Below are positions 44,229 through 56,533 of a DNA stretch of 64,000 bases, one piece after another. Position 1 is the stretch's first letter; every line of letters starts with the position of its first letter. Made by a program: the position numbers and the translations under genes. Where the stretch lies: positions 1 to 64,000 of the IMG/VR virus record IMGVR_UViG_3300044766_000192. One strand, 5' to 3'. Source of the stretch: a virus. The notes beneath the pieces were generated by a model, which was not told the origin of the DNA, searched no databases, and saw nothing but the letters and a program-made list of their open reading frames with translations.

Positions 44229-47141
44229 ATGAAGCTGACTCTCGTCACAGCCCTCTATGATCTCAGCAAGCGCGGTGCCGACAAGCATCGAACCATCGAT
44301 TGGATGCTCGCGAATGGTAGCTTCGTCCTCGGGCAGCCCCATCACCTCGTGATCTTCACCGAGCCCGAGCTAGCCGATGAATTGAAGGCTCGGCGCGGCA
44401 ATCGGCCGACGACGATCCTGACGCCGCCGATCGAGGTACTCGTTGATCCAGAGCGAACGGCAGCGATTTTTCGCGGACAAATCCAGCACAACGCAACACG
44501 CGACAAGGTCACGCCACACTACATCCACTTGATGTGGGCCAAGTACGGGATGCTTGAGCACGCATTCGAGCGCGTAGACGTACCGATGACTCATCTCGGC
44601 TGGATCGACTTCGCGATCACGCATGTCGCCAAGCTGCCGCCGGCCGACATCGACATTTTCGTGAATCCGCCAGAGCCGCCTCGTGTCCACATGCTTCGCT
44701 ACTTCGACGCGAGTGATACAGCAAAGCCCGAATATCTGCACAACGTTCAAGGGCATCTTGCTGGCGGCCTCGTCGTCGGTCATGCCGGTCAGATGCATCA
44801 ACTCGTGCGCGAATTCTGGCAAGCAGCGGACGCTGCAATTCTACATGGGCTCGCGCCGCTCGATGAGGGCTTGCTCTCTGCGATCGTTGCGCAAAGCCCG
44901 AAGCGCTACTCGTACAGCTGCGGCGACTACTGTGACATCTTGCAGAACCACGACACGATCCGAGGGGGGCGCGATCACATCCGGTGGATGTACGACGATG
45001 CCGTTCAGCGTGGGGGGCAAGCCCGAAAATGGGCGGTAGAGCTTGCGCGATCGACGGTCACGAAATCGCCGCCAACGGCAGCCGTAGCAAAGAATTCGCT
45101 GCTCGGGCTCGTAATGATCGTCAAAGACGAAGCTCACGGAATCCGTGAAACGCTTGCCTCGTTCGCGCACTTCATCGATCGGTGGACGATCCTGGACACA
45201 GGGAGCACTGACGGCACGCAAGCCATCATCCGTGAAGCGCTCGTTGGTATCCCCGGCGAGCTTCACGAAGAACCGTTCATCGACTTCGCGACGTCGCGGA
45301 ACCGCGCGCTTGAGTTGCACAACAAGAAAACCACCTACACGATCATGCCGGACAGCGACGATCGCCTCGTCAACGGCTTGGCGCTGCGCGAGTTTCTTAT
45401 CACCGACGATACATACCAAGCCCGCACCGACGCAGCGTACATGGTCAACCTGCGCCGCGGTGACCTATCGTATTTCTTGCCGCTCGTGTTGCGAGCTTCG
45501 GCCGGTTGGCGCTATCGCGGCGCCGTTCACGAGTATGTTGGCCCAGTCACGGGTGAGGGCTTTGCGTCGACGAAGATTCCCGAAGTTCAAATCGTCCAGG
45601 ATCACGTACCACAGAGCCTCGAAGCTTCGCGCAAGCGCTGGGAGCGTGATCGGGTTCTGCTCATAGCCGAGCTGGCTATCAAGCCTGACGCCCCTCGCGC
45701 GTTGTTCTATGCAGGGCAGACTCACGAATGCCTCGGCTATCCAAAGACCGCGCTCGGCTTCTACAAGCGGCGCGTCGTCGTCGGTGGCTGGGCTGAAGAG
45801 ACCTTCGAGAGCTACCTACGCATCGCGAAGATCTTGCAGGCACTTGACCAGCCGTGGCCGGAAATCCAGCAAGCATACCTTGATGCGCACGGCTTCGATC
45901 CCAAGCGTGCCGAGCCGCTGTTCAAGATCGCCGAGCACTGGTACGCCAAGCAAGTCCACGCGCTGTCATACCTGTTCGCTTCGCGCGCCGCCGAGCTACC
46001 GCGCCCGGCATCGGTGCTGTTCGTCGACGAGGAGGTCTACGCGTGGAAGGCCGCTGATACCGCGGCGATCAGCGGCTACTACCTCAACGATGCTAACGCG
46101 AAGGCTAAAGGCCGCGTGTTCGCCGAGCAGTGCGTGCGCGCCAAGCCAGGTGACGAGCGGCTTCGCGCTAACCGAGCATTTTATGCGCCGCCGGCTCGCG
46201 AGATGTTCGATGGTTACGAATCAAGGGTGATCGGCTTCGTCCCAGAGGAGTCATGGAGTGCCACCAACCCATCAATCTTCTACGATGGCGCTAGCTGGCG
46301 CTGCATCGTCCGCACGACGAACTACAAGATCGTCAACGGCCAATACTTGACTCCCAGCGACAATGTCATCTACACGCGCAACTTCATGTTGGAACTTGAT
46401 GACAACCTCAACACGACGCGTGCCGTCGAGATGATCGACGCTACCGGCTTTCCGCGATCGAGCTATCCGGTTCACGGCTTCGAGGATTGCCGACTGTTCA
46501 AGCACGAGGGCAAGCTCTGCTTCACGGCGACGGTTTGCGATTTCGATCTCGAACGAGCCACCGAAGGCCCACGTGAGATCGTGCTCGGTGATCTAGATCG
46601 CGACTACAAGATCGTCGGCGCGACACCACTGCGCGGCCCGTGGAGCGATCGAGCACAAAAGAACTGGATGCCTCGAAGCGGCGACGGCGTTGATTGTCGG
46701 GCCGATCTCATCTACGCGCTGTCGCCTAATGGTGGGGTACAGCCGACCGTGTTCAATCTCAGCTTCGATCTCGATGGGGCCGATCTCGATGGGGCCACGA
46801 TCACGGCAGACGCGACGAACTTTGATCACGGGCGGCTACGCGGCGGCTCGCAGCTCGTGCGCGTGCCCGAGGGCTGGCTCTGTATCGTTCATGATGTCTC
46901 GTGGCCAGGTACCGGGCGGATCTACCTGCATCGCTTCGTATTGCTCTCCGGTCACCACAAGATCCTTGCAATGACCGATCCGTTCTACTTCGATCGCAAG
47001 GGCGTCGAATTCTGCGCTGGGCTCGCCTACGACAGTAAGCGGCTCGTCGCGAGCTTTGGCGTTGAGGATCGTGAGGCACACTTCGGGATCTTCACGCTCG
47101 AAGCCGTGCGCGCCGCGCTTCGCGTTGACTATCAGATCTAA
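44229..47141 (+). CDS. Multidomain glycosylation protein: HtrL/WlaTC-like + GT2 + TPR + beta-propeller glycosidase-like
   Basis: TLVTALYDL/WIDFAI; MIVKDE, DTGSTDGT, HEY; RAEPL TPRs; NPSI, EDCRLF, KNWMP, EFCAGL. Confidence 0.8.
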   Translation: MKLTLVTALYDLSKRGADKHRTIDWMLANGSFVLGQPHHLVIFTEPELADELKARRGNRPTTILTPPIEVLVDPERTAAIFRGQIQHNATRDKVTPHYIHLMWAKYGMLEHAFERVDVPMTHLGWIDFAITHVAKLPPADIDIFVNPPEPPRVHMLRYFDASDTAKPEYLHNVQGHLAGGLVVGHAGQMHQLVREFWQAADAAILHGLAPLDEGLLSAIVAQSPKRYSYSCGDYCDILQNHDTIRGGRDHIRWMYDDAVQRGGQARKWAVELARSTVTKSPPTAAVAKNSLLGLVMIVKDEAHGIRETLASFAHFIDRWTILDTGSTDGTQAIIREALVGIPGELHEEPFIDFATSRNRALELHNKKTTYTIMPDSDDRLVNGLALREFLITDDTYQARTDAAYMVNLRRGDLSYFLPLVLRASAGWRYRGAVHEYVGPVTGEGFASTKIPEVQIVQDHVPQSLEASRKRWERDRVLLIAELAIKPDAPRALFYAGQTHECLGYPKTALGFYKRRVVVGGWAEETFESYLRIAKILQALDQPWPEIQQAYLDAHGFDPKRAEPLFKIAEHWYAKQVHALSYLFASRAAELPRPASVLFVDEEVYAWKAADTAAISGYYLNDANAKAKGRVFAEQCVRAKPGDERLRANRAFYAPPAREMFDGYESRVIGFVPEESWSATNPSIFYDGASWRCIVRTTNYKIVNGQYLTPSDNVIYTRNFMLELDDNLNTTRAVEMIDATGFPRSSYPVHGFEDCRLFKHEGKLCFTATVCDFDLERATEGPREIVLGDLDRDYKIVGATPLRGPWSDRAQKNWMPRSGDGVDCRADLIYALSPNGGVQPTVFNLSFDLDGADLDGATITADATNFDHGRLRGGSQLVRVPEGWLCIVHDVSWPGTGRIYLHRFVLLSGHHKILAMTDPFYFDRKGVEFCAGLAYDSKRLVASFGVEDREAHFGIFTLEAVRAALRVDYQI

Positions 47142-47731
47142 CGCCCGCTTAAGAACTGCCAGCGGTTGAGGCCAACAGCAGGGTCACCGTTGTAGCGCAA
47201 CCACAACGTCGTCTGCGGCGGCAGCGTGTAATCGACTATGCTGTCCGTAAGAATCCGATTCGCAGCGTTCGACAGCTCATCGTTACCGAAGCGTGTCGCT
47301 AGGCTACCCGGGATCTGGTTGATCGCGATCGTCTTCCCGTCATCGGCGGGCGTCATGTCGGCGCCGTTGTTCGTGATACCCGTGATGACGCTGCTTCCTG
47401 CGACGTCGACCATGTTGATCGTGACGAACGTGTTTTGCCCGAGCACACCAAAGTTGACGTTGTTGTAGATCGTGCCAATGCCCGTGTTGAATGTCTTTGT
47501 TGGGAGAATCGTGTCGAACAGCGGCCCAGCACCACCGCCAGCCGGACCCGTCGGGCCTGTCGAACCAGCACCCGTTGCGCCCGTCGCGCCCGTTGGTCCT
47601 GTCGGTCCTGTTGGACCTGTCGAGCCCGCTCCTGTTGGACCTGTCGGCCCAACAGAACCTGCACCGCCGGGCCCGGTTGGACCCGTGGCACCTGCACTGC
47701 AACAGCCTCCAGCTTCTATCGGTGATTGCAT
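47138..47731 (-). CDS. Collagen-like fibre protein
   Basis: GCC start, G-X-T triplets, beta-rich head. Confidence 0.8.
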   Translation of the reverse strand: MQSPIEAGGCCSAGATGPTGPGGAGSVGPTGPTGAGSTGPTGPTGPTGATGATGAGSTGPTGPAGGGAGPLFDTILPTKTFNTGIGTIYNNVNFGVLGQNTFVTINMVDVAGSSVITGITNNGADMTPADDGKTIAINQIPGSLATRFGNDELSNAANRILTDSIVDYTLPPQTTLWLRYNGDPAVGLNRWQFLSGR

Positions 47732-47789
47732 TACGCGCTCGGCGGTGTGGTGTCTGCTTGGCTTGGCATGTTCTTAGGAAAGTTATGAA

Positions 47790-49840
<2,051 letters not shown>

Positions 49841-50827
49841 TCAGTCGTAAGCGGTGAGCTGAAAGAGAACGGTTCCCGGAGCCGACATCGTCACGTAGAG
49901 GTTCGTGTAGTCGACATCTTCTAGCTCGGCGCACGGCCCGACGATCACAGGCGTGTTCGGCGAAATTGCTTGCGCCCGATCAACGGGCTGCTCCTGTAGA
50001 TCGGTGGTCTGACTGATCGCTCGAATCGCGCCGACACGATAGTCAGCAACCTGCGACGCCATCATCATGATGTGGATGCGCTTGCGGCCGAACGTCGGGA
50101 TCGCCGCGATGAGTCGCTCGGCGCCGACTGCTACGGGCGTGTGCGAACCGACTGTGCCTTGAACTTGAAGTGGAAAGCGCTTCTGTGGAGCATAGACGAT
50201 CGGCGCCTTGAGGTAGAGGTAGAGGTGCAACCTCGGAAATAGGTTGTTGCCGTCAACATTGGTGCCGAAATTAACCCCAGCGCCGCCGGAAGCCGGGCGA
50301 TACGTCTGCGGCAAAACTGTCGTCTCTTGGAGCTTTGGAAACTCGAACTGACTTTGATTCCCGGACCCGAAGTCATCAGCAAATGGGAACACGTACAACG
50401 AGCCGTCCACGACCTGTGAGAAAAGCGGATTGTCGGGTGCTCCCGGAAGATCTTTCTTACCTGGATTCGCGTTCTGCGTGAACATCAGCGGCGTATCGAC
50501 CGATAGTCGATGCAGACGATTGGTGCGCAGCGAAGCCTGTGTCGCGAACGTCGGACTCTTCCCGAGGTTGAAGCTCACCCAGCAGCGATCGACCGTGCTC
50601 TGCGGGCCGATCGCGATTCCGGCGAGTGCTGTTGGAACAGAAACCTCCGTTGGACCATTTGGGGTTGCCGTGTCGACGCTCGTCGGGGGCCACTGCAAAT
50701 TCTTGTAGTCGCCGGTTGGATCTCCGGGATCTCGAAAACCCCACTCGTTGAAGATCACTTCGTATAGATCGTGCCCGCGCGCGATAGCGTCTTTGATGCC
50801 AAATTCTGGATTGTTACTCCACGGCAT
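49841..50827 (-). CDS. Putative vertex/turret structural protein
   Basis: Beta-rich, between small jelly-roll gene and fibres. Confidence 0.5.
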   Translation of the reverse strand: MPWSNNPEFGIKDAIARGHDLYEVIFNEWGFRDPGDPTGDYKNLQWPPTSVDTATPNGPTEVSVPTALAGIAIGPQSTVDRCWVSFNLGKSPTFATQASLRTNRLHRLSVDTPLMFTQNANPGKKDLPGAPDNPLFSQVVDGSLYVFPFADDFGSGNQSQFEFPKLQETTVLPQTYRPASGGAGVNFGTNVDGNNLFPRLHLYLYLKAPIVYAPQKRFPLQVQGTVGSHTPVAVGAERLIAAIPTFGRKRIHIMMMASQVADYRVGAIRAISQTTDLQEQPVDRAQAISPNTPVIVGPCAELEDVDYTNLYVTMSAPGTVLFQLTAYD

Positions 50828-51148
50828 CTACGCCCTCACCAATGCTTCGGGGAATGCCTCGGAGACAGAGATCGAAACTACTCCATCACCTCCGAGGCTA
50901 ACAGCATAGATGCCCTGCTTGGGCGCAAGCACGAAGACTTCCGATCGATCTGACGGCAGCTGAAACTGTCCCGCTAGTCCGGCAGAAGCCTCGACGAGAT
51001 CCGACGGCGAGAATGCTAGAAACACGAGTGCGGGCCCCACATTTCGCACGACGATCCGCAGCGGGTTTACCGTCGCGACGTAGAGCGTCGCCGGGTCTTT
51101 GAACCCGGAGATCGGTACGGCAACGGTGTTCATTAGAGACTCGCGCAC
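50828..51148 (-). CDS. Small single-jelly-roll protein (penton-like)
   Basis: RIVVRNVG..LVFLAF...FQLP...S...IYAVS; GGAGGT SD. Confidence 0.55.
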   Translation of the reverse strand: MRESLMNTVAVPISGFKDPATLYVATVNPLRIVVRNVGPALVFLAFSPSDLVEASAGLAGQFQLPSDRSEVFVLAPKQGIYAVSLGGDGVVSISVSEAFPEALVRA

Positions 51149-51184
51149 TGTCAGACCTCCATGCTAGGGCTAGCGAGCATGCCT

Positions 51185-51682
51185 TTAGCGCGATTCAGAA
51201 GGCGGCGCGACGACGATCAGGAATCCCTGGAACATCCACGCGAGGCGCAGCGTGACGAGGTCGGAGAAGTTCGTGAACGCAAGCGCGTCCACGACGATCT
51301 GAAAGCTCTCCGCTCGCACGATCGTGTAGGGCTCGGCCCATTCCCACGTCTGCTCGGCCGTGCCTTTGGTCAGCAGCGGAAGCGCGGTCGGAGCCTTGGT
51401 CATCAGCTCGTTCTTGCCGAGGTCGGAGATCCGAACCCGCAAGAGCGATTGAAGGACCACCTGATCCGGCTGGTTGTCCAGCACGTCGCCGTTGGTGTCG
51501 AGCGCGATGCAGAATGGCTTGCAGCGATGGATCTCGAACGGCTTGTCGACGTTGTGCAGGAACGTCGCATCCGGGAACTGTTGGCCCACCTGGGCTGTCG
51601 TCATCGGAACTTCCCCGGCCATCTCGTAGGGAATCCGCATCGTGATCTTGCGACCAGCCCAGGAATCAGGAAGGCGACCCAT
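51185..51682 (-). CDS. Putative second (small) single-jelly-roll capsid protein
   Basis: 165 aa, alternating beta strands, DKPFEI...VRISD...PYTI...FQG; own promoter and AGGAG SD. Confidence 0.55.
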   Translation of the reverse strand: MGRLPDSWAGRKITMRIPYEMAGEVPMTTAQVGQQFPDATFLHNVDKPFEIHRCKPFCIALDTNGDVLDNQPDQVVLQSLLRVRISDLGKNELMTKAPTALPLLTKGTAEQTWEWAEPYTIVRAESFQIVVDALAFTNFSDLVTLRLAWMFQGFLIVVAPPSESR

Positions 51683-51762
51683 TTTCTTTCTCCTAAACGC
51701 CGACGTTTACATTTGATGAAGGCGCGTTGATCCCGACACTATCACAATAGGAAGGACTCCTC

Positions 51763-52107
51763 ATGGATCAGGACGATTACGTCAGTAGCTTCACGCGCCC
51801 CACCGTTGGACTCAAGGTCTACCTATCGCGCGGTCCATCGGGCTTGCCCGAGACCTTCGAGCGCAAGAGTGCCGATCGCGAGCTAGAGGTGTACCTCGGG
51901 CGCGTCAAGGTCAAGATCGCCATCGACAGCTTCATCAGGCGCATGTTGCTCGAACGCCGCCGCGAAGAATGGGGTGACGTGATCGAGCATCTCGCCGGGC
52001 TGACCAAGCTCGACGCCGAGATCGTGCCGCTCGATGCCGCCGTGGCGTTCTGGGCTCAGGTCAACCAGTCACGTGAAGCCGCGAGCCGAGCCAAAGCTCA
52101 GGCATAA
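51763..52107 (+). CDS. Hypothetical protein
   Basis: AAGGA SD, divergent. Confidence 0.55.
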   Translation: MDQDDYVSSFTRPTVGLKVYLSRGPSGLPETFERKSADRELEVYLGRVKVKIAIDSFIRRMLLERRREEWGDVIEHLAGLTKLDAEIVPLDAAVAFWAQVNQSREAASRAKAQA

Positions 52108-52112
52108 GGAAA

Positions 52113-52346
52113 TTACGGCTGCACGTGCGCGAACGGCTGCGCCCAAGTCTTGAGCGCCGCGAACGCCGCTTGCACAGCGATCTCGATGTCTTCTTGGGGC
52201 ACAGCATAGGCCGCTTTGAAGAGGGCGATGCCTTCCTGCAAATTCGCGGTGGCCCAACGAGCTGCGACGGCATCAGGCAATCCGCTCTCGATCTTGTACG
52301 CCGTGAGCGCACGAAGAACGCCAGCTTCGAGATTCAACAGCTCCAC
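52113..52346 (-). CDS. Small helical protein after spike (possible chaperone)
   Basis: Starts 4 nt after spike stop. Confidence 0.4.
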   Translation of the reverse strand: MELLNLEAGVLRALTAYKIESGLPDAVAARWATANLQEGIALFKAAYAVPQEDIEIAVQAAFAALKTWAQPFAHVQP

Positions 52347-52350
52347 GATC

Positions 52351-54078
52351 TTACTGGTAGAGCCGCGAACCAGTCCCGGTTGCGCCCGTCGCCGCTGCTG
52401 CGGTGATGTCGTACTCGTTGTCGACGGGCCGACCATCGGCTCCCGACAAGAAGTTGGCCCAGGTTCGAGCGGCACCGTCGCCAACCTTCATCTGGCCGGC
52501 TGTCCCGTTCGGTGGCGGCGTTCCCGCTGCCGACGTCACGGCGTCGACCTTGACGAACATACCGTCATCGACGTGAACACCAATACCCGTGTTGGCCGCG
52601 CCGGTCGTGCCGCAACTCAGAAGCTCCAGGACGCCGCTTCCGAGCGTGGCCGCGATCCCGTCGCGACCGCAGCCATAGACGTCGAGCTTGTTGAAGCGAC
52701 CACGCGAGCCGTGGAAGCGAATGCCGTCGCCCGTTGCGCCCGGCGTGTTGCGGACGATGCAGTTGAGGAAGCCCATGAACGGCGTCGCCGTTGGGATGCC
52801 CGCACCGTAGCCTGGCAACGATGACAGGACCTCGATCGGATCACAGGCATCGAAGCATTGCACGCGAAAGCTCGGCAGGCTCGGCGCGATCGAGAAGATG
52901 CCTCCAGTGCAGGCGTCCATGAGCCCGGCTTGCACGGTGCAGTAGCCGCCGAGAAACGGCGTGCCGATGATCCAATCGCGCACGAGGCGGCTGATCGCTC
53001 GCGTCGCCATGTCGACGTTCGGGCTTTGCAGCTTGCACATCTGCACGGCGATCTCTCCGACGCCAACGCAGGCGAGCCCGGGATTCGCGAGGCCGCCCGT
53101 GTTCGTAACTTCGAGCCCACTGAACGAGAGCGAGTCGGTGTTGAAGGCTCGAAGCGATCCGGCGCCGCCACCACTCGGTACGATGCCCGGCGTGTTCGAT
53201 CCCGAGATGTGAGCGCTCGGTTCCATGACCAGGATCGGCGTGGTGAGCGCCGTGTTCGTCGCGAGCAAGATTGAATTGTTGGTGCTCTCGATGATCACCG
53301 CGTTCTCACCACCACCGGTCGCACCGACGACGAATTTGCCCTTGAGCGCATTCGCGGCCCACGATGCGCGTGCAACGTTGAGCGTAAGTCTGATGAGCCC
53401 GGAGACTGCGACTGGAACGGCGGATAGGATATCGGCGCCGGCAATCGTTGCATCGGCGGGCGAGATCGCCGCCATGAGCTGAGGGATCGCTTGGATCCCG
53501 ACCGCGGTGGCGAACAGGAACCACTGGCTGCCAACGTCGACGGCGATCGTCCGTGGCGTTTTCCAAGCCGGTAGCGTGTAGTCGGCCGGCAGGACTTCCG
53601 TGATGCCGGTGACGTCGACGATGTAGCGCACGCCCGGCGGCAGAATCTCCGGGACGTCGCGAACAGCACGTTGAAGTGTCAAATACGGCGTCGCGAGCGA
53701 GCCGTTGCCGGTCGCGTCCGAGCCGGTAATGCGCGCGTAGATGATGATGGTTCCCACCGAGAACGGCGGGGTCGGGACGCCACCGGCACCACCGCCGCCA
53801 TCGGCGATAAACGGGTGCGGTGTGAGCGCGAGCGTAGCTACGTCGCCGAAGACGCGCTCGATCGAGTGCCAATACTCGACAAGCACGTCGACGTCGCCAT
53901 CGCCGCTGACCGTGACGTTCGTAGCATCCGCAGTGATCACGAACCCGGACTTGGAGGCTTCGATGTGGTCGGGGATGACCGCGCGGCCATTCTGCACGAT
54001 CAAGCCGTGTGGCAGAGAGACAGAGCCGCCACCGGGGGTGACGACGAAGTGCAGGATGTTTTTGAGTCTCGTTGCCAT
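52351..54078 (-). CDS. Beta-helix spike/receptor-binding protein
   Basis: IYARITGSDATGNGSLATPYLTLQRA cap motif of pectin-lyase-like helices; DGI repeats. Confidence 0.7.
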   Translation of the reverse strand: MATRLKNILHFVVTPGGGSVSLPHGLIVQNGRAVIPDHIEASKSGFVITADATNVTVSGDGDVDVLVEYWHSIERVFGDVATLALTPHPFIADGGGGAGGVPTPPFSVGTIIIYARITGSDATGNGSLATPYLTLQRAVRDVPEILPPGVRYIVDVTGITEVLPADYTLPAWKTPRTIAVDVGSQWFLFATAVGIQAIPQLMAAISPADATIAGADILSAVPVAVSGLIRLTLNVARASWAANALKGKFVVGATGGGENAVIIESTNNSILLATNTALTTPILVMEPSAHISGSNTPGIVPSGGGAGSLRAFNTDSLSFSGLEVTNTGGLANPGLACVGVGEIAVQMCKLQSPNVDMATRAISRLVRDWIIGTPFLGGYCTVQAGLMDACTGGIFSIAPSLPSFRVQCFDACDPIEVLSSLPGYGAGIPTATPFMGFLNCIVRNTPGATGDGIRFHGSRGRFNKLDVYGCGRDGIAATLGSGVLELLSCGTTGAANTGIGVHVDDGMFVKVDAVTSAAGTPPPNGTAGQMKVGDGAARTWANFLSGADGRPVDNEYDITAAAATGATGTGSRLYQ

Positions 54079-54121
54079 GGCCCTAGTAAATACTTGATCG
54101 CGCTTGCGATCAAGGAACTAG

Positions 54122-54153
54122 AAACGACAAAGGCGCCCCCGAAGGAGCGCCTC
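54122..54153 (-). terminator. Intrinsic terminator after putative major capsid gene
   Basis: AGGCGCTCC-TTCG-GGGGCGCCT hairpin followed by a T-rich run. Confidence 0.7.
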
Positions 54154-54188
54154 TTATGATTGCCGAGAGGTCGAATCGCGCGTTGCGA

Positions 54189-54899
54189 TTAGACGACCGA
54201 GCGTCGGATCAGGCCGTAGAAGTAGACCTTCTCGTCGGCGAAGTTCAGGTCGTCACCAGCATCCGATGCGTCCTGGGCGATCTGCAACGCCGCTTCCGGT
54301 TGGAAGCTGAACGTGTAGCCGAGGTTCTCACGCATCCACACCGGCAGCACGAGCGCGTTGCGATCACGCGGGCTCGGGATGCCGTTCTGGGCGATCTCGA
54401 AGAACGCGTTGGTCGAGAACACCGCGAAGCCGTGACCCTGCGGATAGTCCTGGATCACACCCGACGTGTAGACCTTGCCGTTGTAGTTGTACTCCAGGAA
54501 CGTCACGCGATCGACCTGGAACAACGTCACGAGCTGCGGAGGATCCGACAGCGCGCCATTGGTGTCCGGCAGCTGCGGATCGCTCTTGCCTTCGGCGGGC
54601 CGCATGACTCGCGTCATCTTGCAGCCGACGCCGTAGACGTACATCTCCCAGTCCTTCGGGAGACCCGCCGATCCCGCGCGCGGGATGTTCGTGTCGACAC
54701 GCGTGCTCGTACGCGTGCCACCAGGGATCTGCTGCGATCGTCCGGCCGAGAACGCCTCGACGGGGCCGTTCTGCTGGTTGTTGAACTGGACCGTCGAGTA
54801 GAGCTTGTCGTCGATCCAATCCGAGATCTGGATCGTCTGCCCGTTGTCCATCGTGATCGTGGTTGTGCCTGGTGCTACGCCAACAGTTCCGCCTGCCAT
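54189..54899 (-). CDS. Putative major capsid protein, single jelly roll
   Basis: 236 aa beta-rich; LYST..F, DTN....LP....V, NG.P, YG..RRSV pattern; AAGGAG SD and terminator; follows a membrane/core gene. Confidence 0.6.
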   Translation of the reverse strand: MAGGTVGVAPGTTTITMDNGQTIQISDWIDDKLYSTVQFNNQQNGPVEAFSAGRSQQIPGGTRTSTRVDTNIPRAGSAGLPKDWEMYVYGVGCKMTRVMRPAEGKSDPQLPDTNGALSDPPQLVTLFQVDRVTFLEYNYNGKVYTSGVIQDYPQGHGFAVFSTNAFFEIAQNGIPSPRDRNALVLPVWMRENLGYTFSFQPEAALQIAQDASDAGDDLNFADEKVYFYGLIRRSVV

Positions 54900-55002
54900 G
54901 ACTCTCTCCTTGTGAAGACTTGGTTTTTGGCTCGCGTGGGAGTCGTCCCCCGCACGAGCAGTGAGCTTTGTCGATCTCGTTCAGTGAACGAGAGTGATCG
55001 GC

Positions 55003-55626
55003 CTAGTGATGCTGGCCGTAGAGCGTCGCGCCGTAGCGCGCCGAGAGCCCCGAGATGTTCGGGCCGCCCGCCGCGAGCTGCTGACCGAGCAGATTCACCG
55101 GAGGCCGAGCACCGCCACCGCGCGCTGCGCCGAAGCCCGAGACTTGCGGACCGGCAACGCCAGGGATCGTGCCTTGCGGATGGCTGGTTGCCGAAACCGA
55201 CGGCAGTCCGAACTGGCCACCGTTGAGAGCACTGATCTGTGGCAGGCCCATCTGACCGTTGAGGGCGTTGATCATCGGCATGCCCATGCCCTTGACCGGC
55301 TGAGCTGGCGCCGATGGCGCGAACAGCACGCCTTCGAGCCACTTCAGGCCGCTCGCGAGGAACGCACCCGCGAACGCGCCCCACGATGCGTGACGTGTGG
55401 ACTTCATCGCCCACAGCGCACCGCCACTCGCGAGCCCGACGAGGAAGCCGATCAGATCGGCATTCTGTTGCGCAGCGCTGCCCGGTGTGCCGCGTGACAG
55501 AGCCATCGAGGTGACGCTTGAGACGCCGCCGCCGATGAGCATGCCGTAGAGCGGGTTCATGCCGGGGTTCTCACCGAATTCGTTGAGGCCGAGCAGGTCG
55601 ACGTTTCCGAGCAGCTTGGTGGTCAT
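55003..55626 (-). CDS. Major membrane/core protein, 3 Gly-rich helices, multiple xxG sites in tail
   Basis: GAAGGAG SD; VKGMG, LNGQ, LNGG, VSGFG, ISGLS. Confidence 0.7.
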   Translation of the reverse strand: MTTKLLGNVDLLGLNEFGENPGMNPLYGMLIGGGVSSVTSMALSRGTPGSAAQQNADLIGFLVGLASGGALWAMKSTRHASWGAFAGAFLASGLKWLEGVLFAPSAPAQPVKGMGMPMINALNGQMGLPQISALNGGQFGLPSVSATSHPQGTIPGVAGPQVSGFGAARGGGARPPVNLLGQQLAAGGPNISGLSARYGATLYGQHH

Positions 55627-55642
55627 GAGATCTATCGCTCCT

Positions 55643-55831
55643 TCAGGGTTTTTTCGGGGCTGGGCAGCTGCCCTTGAACAGCCAGCCACTTCTTGTCTTC
55701 GCGCTCTTGCCGACGAAACAAAGGCGGGCCCCTCGTTTCGTCCTCGTATTGAAAACGCACTTGCACTCGCCGATGCCGAGCTGCTTTCGGCCGGATTCGC
55801 CCGAGCCCGAGAGCGTCATGATGCTCGGCAT
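55643..55831 (-). CDS. Small basic Cys protein with MPSIMTLSG leader
   Basis: GAGGAG SD; leader nearly identical to that at 20062. Confidence 0.65.
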   Translation of the reverse strand: MPSIMTLSGSGESGRKQLGIGECKCVFNTRTKRGARLCFVGKSAKTRSGWLFKGSCPAPKKP

Positions 55832-55841
55832 CGTGATCTCC

Positions 55842-56375
55842 TCAGTGCCAAGGCCAGCGCAGGCCCCGCCACATCATCATCGTGGTCTTGTCGATTCCCT
55901 CCTGCATGTTCGGCGGAAGGTTCGATGATCGGCCGTACGCCTGCGCGACCATCTGATGGATCTGCCGTTGCGGCCCGCCCCACGGACCGATGCCGGCAGC
56001 CGGGCCGTACGCACTTTGCTGTACAGCGACACCACCGCCCGGAACCGAAGAGTCGGCGAACCCCACCGGAGCGCTCGCTTGCATCTTGCGCATCCACGCG
56101 CGAGCCCGAACACCCGCCCACCAATTCCGCAGCCGCGGAAATAGTGGAGCACCGAGCCCGCGCAGCACCGGGCGATAGACGCCGGGGCCTGACAACGTCA
56201 TGCCGCTCTGCGGGCCGGTCGTGAACGCATTCGCGACCATCTGAACGTCTTGTCCGGGGTTGTAGCCAACCATCGGCGAGAGAACGCTCGTGCGCATCAC
56301 GCGATCGGGCCGCATGAAGTGCGAGCCGCCGCCGTGCCGAGGAACTGCGTCACCGAGAAGTGAAATCTGGTGCAT
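55842..56375 (-). CDS. Low-complexity core-like protein with LLGD, LSGPG and LRGLG sites
   Basis: TTGCCC-N17-CATGCT-N7-ATG. Confidence 0.6.
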   Translation of the reverse strand: MHQISLLGDAVPRHGGGSHFMRPDRVMRTSVLSPMVGYNPGQDVQMVANAFTTGPQSGMTLSGPGVYRPVLRGLGAPLFPRLRNWWAGVRARAWMRKMQASAPVGFADSSVPGGGVAVQQSAYGPAAGIGPWGGPQRQIHQMVAQAYGRSSNLPPNMQEGIDKTTMMMWRGLRWPWH

Positions 56376-56533
56376 GAACGCGAGCATGCAGATCTGGATC
56401 TCGCCGGGCAACTAAGTTGTTTAGTGATTCTCGCCAGTTAAATAGACGCTGTGCTAACAACTGCGATGACGATTAAAACTAAATCAGTGAAGTTACGTGC
56501 TGAGTGTCAGAGCAATCTGATAACGAATCCCCC

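Noticed and set aside
51161-55497. Long + strand ORFs (51161-51730, 54156-55226 and others)
   Set aside because: Arg-rich antisense shadows of GC-rich coding genes with no motifs
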